This document shows positions 1-11,863 of a stretch of 64,000 nt of DNA, one piece after another (positions within the stretch are counted from its first letter, which is position 1; each line of letters starts with the position of its first letter). A program made the translations under genes and the position numbers. Source of the stretch: Felis catus (taxonomy: Eukaryota); NCBI RefSeq assembly GCF_018350175.1, contig NC_058380.1, positions 91,450,001 through 91,514,000 on the forward strand, given 5' to 3'. The notes below the pieces were generated by a model. That model saw only the letters and a program-made list of their open reading frames with translations, was not told the DNA's origin and searched no databases.

Positions 1-199
1 TTCTAGAACAAATTTGCAGTCTTATTGTGGTGAAGCAGCTTTGTGACCCTTTGCCTAGAATGGATGCTGCATGGCCTGAACCATTGAGATGCTTGAGTTG
101 GAGACTGTTCTGGTGTGTCCCACAGCTATAAAAATGTTTCCTACCCAGTATTGGCATAATTTGCGTCAAAGTCAGATACAAGCTGAACGTTAGAAATGG

Positions 200-315
200 A
201 CTTTTATTTATTTAAGTTTATTTACATAATCTCTACAACCAATGTGAGACTCGAACTCACGACCCCGAGATCAAGAGGTTGCACGCTTCTCTGACCGAGC
301 CAGCCAAGTGCCAGG
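200..315 (-). mobile_element. Short/truncated Can-SINE (tRNA-derived carnivore SINE)
   Basis: T-rich tail (ttttatttatttaagtttattt) followed by 'ctcgaactcacgaccccgagatcaagag...ctgaccgagccagccaagtgcc', the reverse complement of the Can-SINE tRNA-like head. Confidence 0.75.
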
Positions 316-1429
316 GAGTGTTTTTTTCCCTTTAATGTTATTTTTAGATCCCATGTGTTGTTGTATCCTGTTGTGTTCTGTAGTTCAGGACTGAGTGATC
401 CTGTTGCTGTAGAGGTGATGTGCATGAGAAGGCTTCGTTTCCTTTGGAAAGGTGATTTGATGAGAGCCGAGGAAGGAAACACTTGACTTCTGAAAGCTGA
501 AATCCAGTTTATTTTCTCGGCTCAACAGAATGGAGAGGTGTAAGTCAGTCAGTGCAGACCACCACGGGACCCAGAAGCTGAGAAGGGCACCCAGGTTGAA
601 ACCTGCCCCCGGTCTATGCAGAGCCCCAGGTGTCCTTGGAGCCCTGTCCCTGAAAGGTGAGTGATGTAGCAGGCAGTAGTGCCATTACTGGGAGAGAGGA
701 GGGGAAGGCTAGCAGCATCTCTGTGTCCGTGCCCCCGTTTCCCCTTCTCCCCTTGGCTCCACTGGGCCTGAAAGAGTGTGGTGGGTGCTGTGCAGCCCTC
801 AACTGGGAGTGAGCTTCTTCATGGCATGTGGGCAAAGAAGCTGTGCTCTTGGGGTCACTGGCACCCCTTCCAGCCTTGGGATGGGGGAAGTTCAGCAGAT
901 GTTAAGAGGAGTAGTGTGGGGAGGCAACAGGGTGAAATGCACAGTGTGGCTTTTGTGGCTCCTTCTGCGTTAGAGAGCTGTGTGCGGGGAGCTTTGTGCT
1001 TCCTCACAGCTTTGCACTCCTGTCCCTGCTTGGCGGGCCCTGGATGGCAAAGTGCAGAGTAGCACTTCTCCCAATTGTCTGAGTAATAGGGTGAGTTGTG
1101 GGGGCTGGCAAGAGCTAGGGGTTCCCGAGAAACCAATTCCTCAGCACTGGGTGGATCTCCGGCATTGGCATCCCCACTAAGTCCGCGGAAGACCGAGGAC
1201 CACAGGTGGGCAGTCCCTGAATGGAGTCAGGAGGCTGGTGCACAGCCCGTGTACCACTCACGGGAGCGAGAACAGCTTTCCAGTCCTGGACAGGCCCTTC
1301 TCCCACTGCACTCTGAGCGCGAGGAACAGGTGGACTGGGTGCTGGCACGATGAGGAAGGGCCGAGCCCAGCCAAGGTCACCCACCGCTCTGGGCCCAGGG
1401 GTCCGGCTGGGACTGCCCGCCAGGACCCG

Positions 1430-1795
1430 CCCCCTCCGGGCTCCGCCCCCCCGGTCGCTGCAGACCAATGGCGCAGAGGCGGAAGTGGGGCCGCCAATGA
1501 GCGGCGTGAGGGGTCGGGGGCGTGCCCAAGAGGCCCTTTCCCCAATGGGGACTGGCTCCGGAGACCGGCGCTATCCAACTAAGTCCCCGGGAAAGAGAGG
1601 TCAGGGCGAGCGGTCTCCAATCAGCGCGGCCGGCCGTTCTCCCCTGTCGTAGGTGGGGCCGCCGGGCGCGGGGCGGGTCCGAGCCGGCCCCCCGCCGTAG
1701 ACGGCGGGCGGGGGGCGTGGCCGCGGCGAGAAGGCCGGCGCCGGGCGGCGGCCGCAGTTCCCGGCGCGCGCTGGCTCCGGCGCCCGCTCCGCAGC
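1430..1795 (+). promoter_or_regulatory. TPRN CpG-island promoter with four CCAAT boxes, an ETS site and GC boxes
   Basis: CCAAT at 1465-1469, 1494-1498, 1542-1546 and 1617-1621; CGGAAGT at 1480-1486; GGGCGG boxes around 1670-1715; dense CpG; directly upstream of the ATG at 1796. Confidence 0.7.
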
Positions 1796-4700
1796 ATGGC
1801 CGGCCTGGGGCGGCCGGGCCCGGGGCCCCGCGCCGCAATGCCCGCCTGGAAACGGGAGATCTTGGAGCGTAAGCGGGCCAAGCTGGCTGCCCTAGGCGGG
1901 GGCGCGGGGGCCGGGGCCGAGGCGGGCGCGGCGGAGCCCTCGGGGCCGGCGGCGGAGCGGCTCGTGCTGGCCGAGAGCCTGGGCCCGCTGCGCGAGAACC
2001 CGTTCATGCGGCTCGAATCGGAGCGGCGGCGCGGGGCGCGGCGCGGCGGGGGCGAGGGGCCGGCGGGGGCGCGGCCGGTGCAGCAGCTGCTGGAGCTGTA
2101 CCGCCGCGTGCCTGGCGTGCGCACCATCCGCGCCGACAACATCCTCATCATCGAGTCGGCTCCCGGCTTCCAGCCTGCGGGCCCTGGCCCGGACCCTGGC
2201 CCGGACCCTAGCCCTGGCTCGGCCGCCCGCATCCGCGCAGCCGAGGTGCTCGTGTATGAGGCGCCGCCGCCACCCGGCCGTGTCAGCCGTCTGCTCCAGA
2301 AGTTCGACGCTCCGGCCGCGCCGCTCCGCCGCGGGAGTCCGGAACGCGGCCGCCCCCCGCCGCCGCACCCACAGCCGGCTCCCGGCCCCGCCGCCCCGCG
2401 CGTGGGCGAGCGCGCCGCCCGCTTCGAGCCCGAGGGCCGCGCTACAGGACCCGGGACGCGGCGCAGCGATTTCCTGCAGAAGACCGGCAGCAATTCCTTC
2501 ACCGTCCACCCTCGGGGCCTGCACCACAGCGCTGGCCCTCGCCCGCTCCCCAACGGGCCTGCGGCCCCCGAGTCCCGGGCGGGTGCTGCCAACGGCCTCG
2601 CGGGCTCTGCGCCTGGGCCGGGCGAGTGGAAGCCAAAGGTGGAGTCGGGGGAGCCCCCTGTCCACCCGCCCCCCAGCCCCGGGACCCCCAGTGCCACTCC
2701 AGCCGCGTCCCTGGCCTTGCCCATGACCAACTCTGCCAGTGCCACTCCCAGCCAGCGCCAGTGGGTCTCCGCGGCCACCAGCGCCAATGACTCCTTCGAG
2801 ATACGGCCAGCCTCCAAGCCAGACATGGATCGAATCCCCGCTGGGGACCTCCAGGCCCGGGCCCTGGCCAGCCTCCGTGTGAACTCCCGAAACTCCTTCA
2901 TGTTCATCCCTAAGCGCAAGGCCTCTGGGGCCCCTCCTCCTGAAGGGAGGCAGGTGGGGGGACTGCCAGAGGGAGAGGTTGGCTGGGCCTCCCAACGCCT
3001 GGAGCTCGAAACCCAGCTGGTGCCTGCAAGGGATAGCGTGCCTGCTGGAGGGAGGAGCCCCTTGGGGGTCGACGAGGGGGAGTGCCCCAGGCCAGCTACC
3101 ACCCTTGTGAACCAGGCTGTTAGGCGGCAGAGGCTGCCCTCACCACCCCTGTGTCCCTTAGCCGCTGCAGAAGCTAAGCCTGCCCAGGGCCTCGGGGTTT
3201 CCAGCTTGGCCAAGGATGGTGGGGAGCCTGGGAGGCCAGGGTTGCCTGTCACCTTCATTGATGAGGTGGACTCGGAGGATGAGGTCCCTCAACAAGCCAA
3301 ACTGCCCTGCTCGGGAGCCGGGGGACCTCCTTGGTATCACCCGCACCCCACCGGGCCTGGGCACCCGTCAGGGCTCCATCACCGAGGTGGGAACACCTTC
3401 ACCGTGGTGCCCAAGAGGAAGCCGGGGTCCCTGCAGGCCAACGGGGAGCCCGGGCCACAGGAGGCCGAGGAGGAGGAGGAGGAGGCAGGCAGCTTGTCAG
3501 AGACCCCTGCTGCCCTGGGGACCTCACTGAAGAAGCGCTATCCCACCGTGCATGAGATTGAGGTGATCGGTGGCTACCTGGCCCTGGAGAAATCCTGTCT
3601 CACCAAGGCCGGCTCCTCCAGAAAGAAGGTCAGCGGGGGGCACAGGGGAAGGGGTGCTGGCTGGGCGCGGGGGAGAGAGAGCTGTGGGTGTAGCAGGTGC
3701 CCACTTCCCAGGACAACTGGCCTGGCTGGGGGATGGCTTCTGTGTGGACCAGAGGAGAGCTGGGGCTGGGTGGCCATGCATGCTCCTGGAGGGGCTGGGC
3801 TGGGGGAGATCCCTGGTCTGGGTTCCAGTAGAGCCCTAATGACCCAGAGAAGACAGCTTGCTGATGGTGTACTTCGCAAGGCTGGCGAGGAGGGTCGGTC
3901 CAGCCAGCACCGTGTCTGCTTTTTTGTTCAGCTGGTCCCACTCCGGCCTGGCTTTGAGGGTGTAGCCTGCCGTGGTCTTCTGGAGTCCTGGCCTACGTGG
4001 GCCAAAGGTGCCAGGACAGAAGTGGGAAGGGGCAGGAGACCTGTGATTTGGGTGTGGTCAGATCCCTACCCCACTGTCAGCCTAGGGGCACAGCGCTGGG
4101 AGCTATTCAGTGGCTGGGGGCCGGAGGGGGGGGGCGGAGGGGGGCGGCTCTCAGCTCCGCAGAAGGCAGGCTGCCCTGGTGCTCAGCAGGACCAGGCTTC
4201 ATGCAAGTGTTTATTGAACTCCTAGTGTGTGTGCCAGGGCCGGGTGTGTTGCTAGGAGCAGTGTCGACTCTCCCTCTCATGGGGGAGGACAGGCCTCAGA
4301 CAGAGAGACCCAGGTGCAAGACCAGGAACTCTGCTGGAGCCTCAGTCCCCAGCTGCTCAGCGACCCGGAACCCTCTGGGCACAAAAGAAAAAAAAAAAAA
4401 AAAGTTCCTCAGATTCTTCCTGGTCATTCCAGCACCTGTGTCTGGCCCTGGGGCAAATTCCAAGGCCAGCCCCACATGACCCCCCTCAGCAGGCGTGGGG
4501 CAGACGTGTCTTCCCCTGGAACCGAGATGGTGCCTGGCAAGCTTCTGTGTCGGCCGGTGGTATCTCCAGGCTCACCCTTGAAGCTACTTCCGCCATTGGC
4601 CTCACTTGCCTTGGGCGATGGGGGTGGTGATGTGCCTTATGTCCACGGAAGCACCCCCCCTCCCCACCGATGCCTGCTGGTCGTCCAATCGCATAAGCCA

Positions 4701-7700
4701 CCTCCTCCCTCTGACATGAGTTGGACTTGTCTTCCTCCGTGATCGCGCCCTGCTCCTTGGGTGAGGGCATCGGTGCTCCTGCCGTCTCCATCTGCTGAGA
4801 CAGGCATCCACACCCAACTCCCTTCGTACTTCCGGAGGGCCCGTCCTGCCTGCCTGCCTGACCTTGACTCACCCTCTCTTTAGTGCCACAGCTCTCCCAC
4901 CCTCCCTCCTACCCTTAGACACTGTCATCAACCCCACCTCCAGGCTCTAAACCACCCCTCCCCCTCGTTCCTGCTTCCTGACCTTTGACCCTACACTCTA
5001 GGAGGCAGTACCTTTCCATTCTGGCCCCAAGAAGTGGAGGTGATAACAGTTCCCCACTTTGTAGATGGGGAACCTGAGGGTGGCAGGAGGTCGTGGAGCT
5101 TGTGGGGCAGGAACTGAGTGCTGGTTTCTGCTTCTAGAGCCTCTAGAGCCCATCTGGCCCCAGCTGGGGAAAGAGCTGCGGGGGTCCTGTGTGGTAGGGT
5201 TGGGGTGAGAAGGGCGGGAGGAAGTGCTGGGAGGAAGCAGGCCCTGGCCTGGTCTCCATGCCAGCCTGAGGGAGTTGGGGGTCCAGATGGATGATGCCTG
5301 GCAAGCCGAGTGGCCTCACCAGGGCCCTGCCAGAGCAGCGTGACTACTGGAGGTGACTCCTCCTTGTGGGCACTGCCCCACCCCCGCACCAGCTGCCCGG
5401 CAGGAAGAGCCAGAGCTCCTGTTGAGTGGGACAGAGGTGTGGGGCTGCCCGGTCCTTCGGGGCAGTCCGCTGGCTCGGGCTGTCCCCTGTGTCTCGTCCG
5501 TTCCCTGGTGGTCCTCCGGCCGTCCCTCCGGGCCCTGGGCTGCGGGACCTCGCCCTCACCTGTACCACTCCAGCCAGCTTGTGGTTTGGGCCCTTGTCCA
5601 GTTTGCCTCCATCCTGACTAGGGACTTAGTGGACTGGAGGTTAGTGGGACCTTGGGGCCCTCTGGCTGACCCGGGTAGTGCTGGGAGGTACTGGGGTCTT
5701 CCAGGGGGCAGGTGAGGTATGGCTCTGCAGGGGGACTGTCAGGACAGCCTGCCCTTGAGCTGGCAGGTGCGTGTAGGGTGTTGTGACCTTGCTGGGCCTT
5801 GGAGGGCTATAGCCCTGTCTTGGTGGTGGGCGCACCCAGCGTGCCACTGTGCCTGGGAGGCCTGCCGGGGATCGGGGGGCGTCTCTACTTGATTGTCTCT
5901 GGCAGAATTGCTGATGCCCTATCTGTCCCTCCCTTAATGGCCAAGCAGGGACTGGCTGCTGGGGGGCATCGTGACCATGCCCCCTCTCACCTCTGCCCCA
6001 GCCCCCAGGCTGTGCTGCTGAGTGGGACTGTCCAGCTGCTCTCCACACCTGCCTCCCTCGGGGTTGGTGGGCTGGTGCTGAGGGCCTCTCCCCTTTGTGA
6101 GGTGCCACCTGGCCAGGTTCCTGCTTTTCTGGCGGCTCCTTCCCCTCGCCTTTGCCCTCCTCCCCTCCTTACCCTCTGGTTCTCTGCCCAGCCTGAGTGT
6201 GTCAGTGTCCCCAGGGCTCAATCTAGGACACCCTAGGCCATCCGCCCTCACTTAGGGAGTAACTGCCACCCAGACACCCCAGTCTTGCTGGCCGGGGCTT
6301 GGCCCTCAGCCTCGCTCCAGTCCCCAGACCTGTGGTGCGGCTGCCCCAGTCACCTGCTTCCCTGCCGGTGTGGAACACTGTGCCCGCCACCACCGATGTG
6401 TCATGGCTGTGTCCCCTCCGCCCTCCTTCCCCCGCTTCCTACCTGTCCCCCCCCCCCCCCAGCTCTTCCTGTAGGCACCCACCCTTCATGTTCTTCCTAC
6501 AGCCCAGGTGCCACTGGGCAGGCCTGGACCCTGCTTCACTCGGCTTCCCCACCGCCAGAGGGTCTGCCTTGGGCTGGGGCATCCGGAAGCAGTGTGGGAG
6601 CTTTGGCAGAGACCGTGTGGGGTGGTCCCGTTGTCCCCGAGAACGCAGACTGAGTGGGGGATGGGAGGAGGCAGGCGTGTGCCAGGGAGTGAGGACAGGG
6701 CGGGTGCTCACCCCCAGCAGGGGGACTGGTTGAACCCGGCTCCCCGACCAGAGTCCAGGGTGGACGCCCTTCGGTAACCCGAGCTGGGTGTGCACAGGTA
6801 GGGCAGGGTGAGGGGGACAAAGGGCCTGTGAGAGCTGGAAGGTGGGCCGACCCAGGACCCACCTGCCGACTGCACTTGGCACAGAGGGCGAAGTCCCCAA
6901 GAGCCAGGTGCGTGCAAGTGCCAGCCCCTGGCCACGCCCGGCCCATCTGCCTGGGGTCTGGAGGCTGGCCCTCCCCAGCAGCATTTGTCACAGGGTGTCT
7001 TGTGATTCAGAGACCTGCACCCACAAGGAGGCCTGTGAGCCCCACCAGGCCATGGAGACTGAAGGGAGGCGGATGTGACCCAAGCCCTGGGCCCCAGCTG
7101 GGCGCAGACAGTGGCCTGTGAGCGCCGCCCCGCCCCTGCCCGGCCAGGCTGTGCCAGGCTCAGTGCCTGTGCGAGCCCAGCCCCCTCGGTCTCCCTGCTA
7201 GGAGCTGGTCATGTGGACTAATGAGGGCACGCTAATCCGGCCGGGCCCTGGCAGCCAGCCCTTCCTGTGTCTTCGGTGGTGGGGGATGGGCCTGGAGGGC
7301 TCAGGGTCGTTGGGGACAATGCTGTGTACCCAGGGGTGACTGGACGCCCTGGTCACTGTGGGGCCTTGGGTCAGGGGCAGGCCCCTGGGTTAGGCCTCTG
7401 TCTTGCTAGGCTTGGGGCGGGGGTGGCAGCTGGAGGGTTGGGTGGGGCCTGCTGTGGGGACCAGGCAGATTGAGGAACAGTGTGCCTTCAAGCGACGGGA
7501 GCAAGTATCTCTTGGTTTTGCCTGACTTGGGTGATCTGCACTCATCTGCTCTTGTCCCCGACTGTTCGTTTGTGCTGCTGGCTGGGGCAAAGCTGACTGG
7601 GCCTGGGCCTGAGATTCGCCCAGCAGGTCCGTGTGTGAACCACGCTGAGATGGGAAGCACGCGAGCTGGGGGTGCGCGTGTGGCTGTGGGAGGGAGCGGC

Positions 7701-9698
7701 TGGAGCATGTGCCCTTGTTTGGGGACACTCGCTCAGCCTGGCATTGCCCCCTGAGGCCAGTGCCGGGGCCCCCTCCGCTGCCCAGGCTGCGAGTCCAGCT
7801 TTCCTGTGAGGCCCCTGCATGTCCTGCTGTCGCTGGGCCCCATGGTTCTCTGCCTGGGGGCCCAGCTCCTGCCTCCGGCTCCTTCCAGGGGAGGAGGGGA
7901 ACTTGAGCTGGCTGCTGGAGTCTTGTGCTCAGGAGTTTAATGTTTCGGGCTCCTGCAGGGCCGCTCCCATCTGCTGCAGGCTGGTGCCTCTCGTATTCGT
8001 TACCAACCTGCTGGGCCTGGCCGAACCCTGCTGAGCAAGTCTGGTGGGCCTGTGGCTTTAGTGGGGAGTGGAGTCCTGGGTCAGGGAGTGCGAGGGTCCA
8101 TCTGCCATCCTGCTTGCGCCTCGCTTCCTCTCCACACCAGCAGCCTCGTCTGCACTCTGAGGCCGTTGGGAGAAAAGGGGATTTGCTCAGGCATGAAATT
8201 CTGCAGCCTGCAGAGTGGGCGGGGTAGACAAGGGCCAAGTGGACAGCCCAGGCGGGAGGAAAGGGTCAGCGCGACCCCCACTTGGGTGCAGTTTTGGTCT
8301 AATTCTGACTTGTCTGTAAAATGGGGTGATGGCATTTGGTGTCGCCCCCCTGGGGTTTGGCATATGCCAGCCACCCTGCTTTGCCACCTCACGGACGCCC
8401 CGGGGGCCTGGCCTTAGGTGTGTGCCCCGTCCTGCCCAGCAGCACTGGTCCATGCTGAGCTGTGCAGGAAGCGTCATTCGGGTGCCTAGCAAGCCAGGAT
8501 GTGAACTCGGTCCTGGAGAGAGACCCCAGCCAACAACACACTGCTGGTGGCTGAGGAGGTAGGGCACCCGAGTAGGTGGGCCCCCCGGGTGCCGTCTCAC
8601 TTAGCCCCTGCTCCTGCCATAGAGCCTCTAGGTGGCTGGTGCTCCCCTGCGAAGGCAGCCCTTCAACCCTAGGAGCTGCCATAGAAGTTTCTAGAGACAC
8701 TGAGACTTTGGGCTCCTGGTGCTGGCTAAGGTCTGGTCCCTGGGCAGGGTTGGTTACCCGAGGTGATGTGACCCTGGGCCTGGGGGGAGAAGGGGATGGG
8801 TGGGGTCTGGGAGGCAGGTGTTTGGACACGCTGGCCCTGGGTTGCATGGGCAGCCAGAACAACCTTCCTGGGGTCCCTGTGGCCCGGGCCTGCAGGGTGC
8901 CGGTAAAGGAGTGGTCTCCGATGAGGGGCAGCCCCCCCACCTTTCAGTTCTGAAGGGTTGATGGCATGTTCTGCTACCTGCCTGGGGCCGCCAACCTCTA
9001 CCGTGCCTCCAGGGTCACTGTGCCCGGCTCAGCCTGGCTGGAGTAACCCCTGGTAGCCAGGCAGCAGAGCCCTGCTGATGTACCTCCTGTCCTTAGATGA
9101 AGATCTCCTTCAATGACAAGCGCCTGCAGACCACATTTGAGTACCCTCCTGAGAGCTCGCTAGTACAGGAGGAGGAGGCTGAGGCCCAGGAGGAGGACGG
9201 GGAGGAGGAAGAGGAGGAGGAGGAGGAGGAGTCCAGCTCAGATGGGGTGGTGGAGAAGCCCTTCTCGCTGTTCCTGCCCCGAGCCACTTTTGTGAACAGC
9301 GTGGGGCCCGAGAGCCCTCACCTGCCGGACGGCAGCTCAGGTGAGTGCCCACGTGTGGGAATGGGCGGCCCAGTGGGTAGCTGGGCCACACGTCCACACA
9401 CGTGCCTCTTGGCCCACAGGCCTGTCCGGCTACACTCCAAAACACTCTGTGGCCTTCAGTAAATGGCAGGAACAGACACTGGAGCAGGCTCCGAGTGAGG
9501 TGGAGCCCACACCCAGGGAGGTCATGGTGAGCAGGGGTGCGGCTGGGAGGGCCAACACCCAAGGCCCGGGGTGGGGGGGGTGTCTCTAATGCCTGGATGA
9601 GTCCCATTGGCTCCCTCTCTGTCCCTCTCTCTCAGCTCACCCCTGCCAGTCAGAACGACCTCTCAGACTTCCGAAGTGAGCCAGCCCTCTATTTCTGA
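1796..9698 (+). CDS. TPRN: Taperin (stereocilia taper protein, PP1-binding; DFNB79 gene orthologue), 748 aa
   Basis: Exons 1796-3628, 9097-9340, 9420-9526, 9636-9698 (2,247 nt; all introns GT-AG; frame kept). N-terminus MAGLGRPG..PAWKREILERKRAK; LKKRYPTVHEIEVIGGYL; PP1-docking KISF at the start of exon 2; poly-Glu tract; C-terminus NDLSDFRSEPALYF*. Confidence 0.96.
5040..5145 (-). mobile_element. MIR fragment in TPRN intron 1
   Basis: 'ccccactttgtagatggggaacctgagg' resembles the MIR core (CCCATTTTACAGATGAGGAAACTGAGG). Confidence 0.55.
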
Positions 9699-10110
9699 CC
9701 CCAGCCCTGCCAGGATGGCCAAGGCTGAGCCCTGGGAGCCGGGCAGTGCCCAGAAGCCCGCCCTCGCTCTGCACCCCCCACCTCTCGCTGCCCTGTTGGG
9801 CTCTGCCCTGCCATATCCCACCCTCCCTTCCTGGGGTTGGCCTGAGCCTAGGGCGCCGGGGTCTCCTGCTTCCCTTGAGCCCGAGTCTCACTCTGCAGCC
9901 CTGGTTTGGGGGCACTGCCTGTGGAGGATGGACAGGGTCCCGCTGGACACCATGCCAGCAGGTGTCTGGTGCATGTGTGAAGGGCTAGGTTGGCTGCCTG
10001 TCCTCTGTGGGACTTGCAGCCCTTCCCAGCCCACACCCCCCAACTGCAGACCTCAACTCGCCCCGTTTGTGACGAATGGCAAGTTTTTTCTTGCCTCTAA
10101 TGATGGATTC

Positions 10111-10116
10111 AATAAA
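10111..10116 (+). terminator. TPRN polyadenylation signal (AATAAA)
   Basis: First AATAAA after the TPRN stop (about 410 nt downstream), in a locally AT-rich patch. Confidence 0.75.
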
Positions 10117-11442
10117 TACCACTGGACAAGGCCTCCTCTGCCTTCCCTGTGTGGTCCTTGGCCAAAGAAGCAGGGAGCAGGGGTGGGGTCTGTGGGGCTC
10201 CATCGAGGCCCTGGCAGCGAGGAGGAAGGTACAGCGGGAGCCCAGCCAGGACATCTGTGCCTGGGTATGGGGTAGTCCTGTGTGGCACCCCCACACGTTG
10301 CTGTCTGGCGGTCCAGGCGTTCGCTCCCGTAGCCCCGCCTGCCCTGCTTCCCCTCCCAACCACCCCCTTGGGGGAAGAGGGACCCCCGTGAGCACTTCTG
10401 GTCTCTGGGCTGACACAGTGGGAGCTGTAGGGGGAGGAGCACTTTAGGCTTGCTCTCTGGGGTCTGGTACTCTGGCTGGACCAGAGCCGTTTTTAAGGCC
10501 AAGCGCCTGGGAGGGGACGAGGAGCGGGCGGAACCTCAGGGATCTCGCCTCCTGTGTGGCTTGGAAAGCCACCTGACCCACAGGAGCCTGCAGCAAGGCT
10601 GTAGGAGGCAGACCACTTCCCTGGAGTCAGTGCTAACGGCTGGCAGGAAAACCCAGCAGAATCCAAGAGGCAACAGGAGACACAGAACTGCCCTACTCAG
10701 CTTGGAGCTGGGGAGCTGGGGCTGCTTGTAATCCAGGCAACGGATGCAAGTGCATCCCTCCTCAAGAGTCAAGCCCGTGAGAAATGCTGCTTGGCCAAAC
10801 TTGGGAAGGAGAAGGGTGTTTTTAGTGTTCTGGGTGGAGTGGGCCCAAGTTTCTCCAGACCTTCTCAATACATGCTTCTCAGACCTGCCTAGCTGCAGGG
10901 ACCACCATAGGAGCTAACTGGCCAACAGAGACAGTCCCAGAGAGGACTCGGGGTGGAGGGCTGGGCCCCAGGCAGCGTGGGAGGCTGGAAGTCGGCACGC
11001 TCGGTGGGACCAGGGAGAGTGGGGAGTGGTGGTGCCGTGGGGTTGGAGCAAAGTTTAGAATCCTGGAGCTGGGGCACAGCCCTGGCTGGAGAGCGTCTCC
11101 CTGGGCCAGGCCTTGTGCTGGGGAATAGGGCATCGCACAGACCAAGACCAACAGGCAGAACACCACCCGACGGGGAGGCTAAGTGCTGGAGTTGGGGGCA
11201 GGGGGCCAGCAGCCCTGGTGGGGAGAAAGGGTGGGTGACAAGGTCCCAGGGAATGCTCAAGGGTACCCTCAACTCTGTCCCCAAAGCCAACAAGGCTTGT
11301 CACAGGGAAAGCCACTCCAGGCCCTCCTCTGCCAAGAAGCCATACGGCTGGGCTCACATTGGTTCTGGGGTTGTGCAGCAGTCCCACGTCCCACACGCAG
11401 GACAGAGGACACAGGCAGTAAGCTACCTTCACAAAGACAATC

Positions 11443-11448
11443 TTTACT
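11443..11448 (-). terminator. Candidate SSNA1 poly(A) signal (variant AGTAAA)
   Basis: + strand 'tttact' = AGTAAA on the minus strand, about 415 nt after the SSNA1 stop; I saw no canonical AATAAA on that strand nearer the stop. Confidence 0.4.
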
Positions 11449-11863
11449 GACAGTCATAGGCCACCAGGGCAAGCTCTGAGGGGGTGGGCCCCAGCCCCTC
11501 CCCTGCTCCCCTGGCCTGGGCACCGAGGTGAGGTGGCTGCCGTGCTGGTGAAAGTAGGGAGCAGGGTCTTTCTGGCAGCCCAGGGCGGGGGTGAGGGGAC
11601 CTCCGACCCGAGCGGAACTCACCCAGAGCCTGTCCTTCCCACGTCCTATGAGTACAGGGCCAGGACCCCCACCTGGTGGGCTGCACCCAGGGCTGTACTT
11701 GTCACCTGGGGCAGGTGAAGCTGGGCAACTGCCTCTTGGCACCCGAGACAGTGAAAGGAGGCAGCTGCTACCACGAAGAATAAAGACGCTTTGAAGACAG
11801 GCTTGTTGGGGGTCGAGCCACTGAGGGACGTGGGAGGCAGGCCCCTCCCCACCAATGGCCACC

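Noticed and set aside
1-1400. TMEM203, expected upstream of TPRN by synteny
   Set aside because: No TMEM203 coding sequence is recognisable; it probably lies left of the window.
1838-1840. Second in-frame ATG (MPAWK...) in TPRN as an alternative start
   Set aside because: The first ATG has a strong context (A at -3, G at +4), so leaky scanning is unlikely; no further support.
1621-3258. Long antisense ORFs (545 aa and 367 aa) opposite TPRN exon 1
   Set aside because: Expected shadow frames of a very GC-rich exon; low-complexity Ala/Gly/Pro/Arg sequence with no recognisable domain.
3629-4225. TPRN exon 1 ORF continuing about 200 codons into intron 1 (809-aa ORF call)
   Set aside because: The taperin sequence continues in exon 2 (SSRKK|MKISF) after a good GT donor at 3629; the read-through peptide has no recognisable features.
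11779-11784. + strand AATAAA inside the SSNA1 3' UTR as a distal TPRN poly(A) site
   Set aside because: TPRN already has a canonical signal at 10111; a single hexamer 1.7 kb further on is weak evidence.
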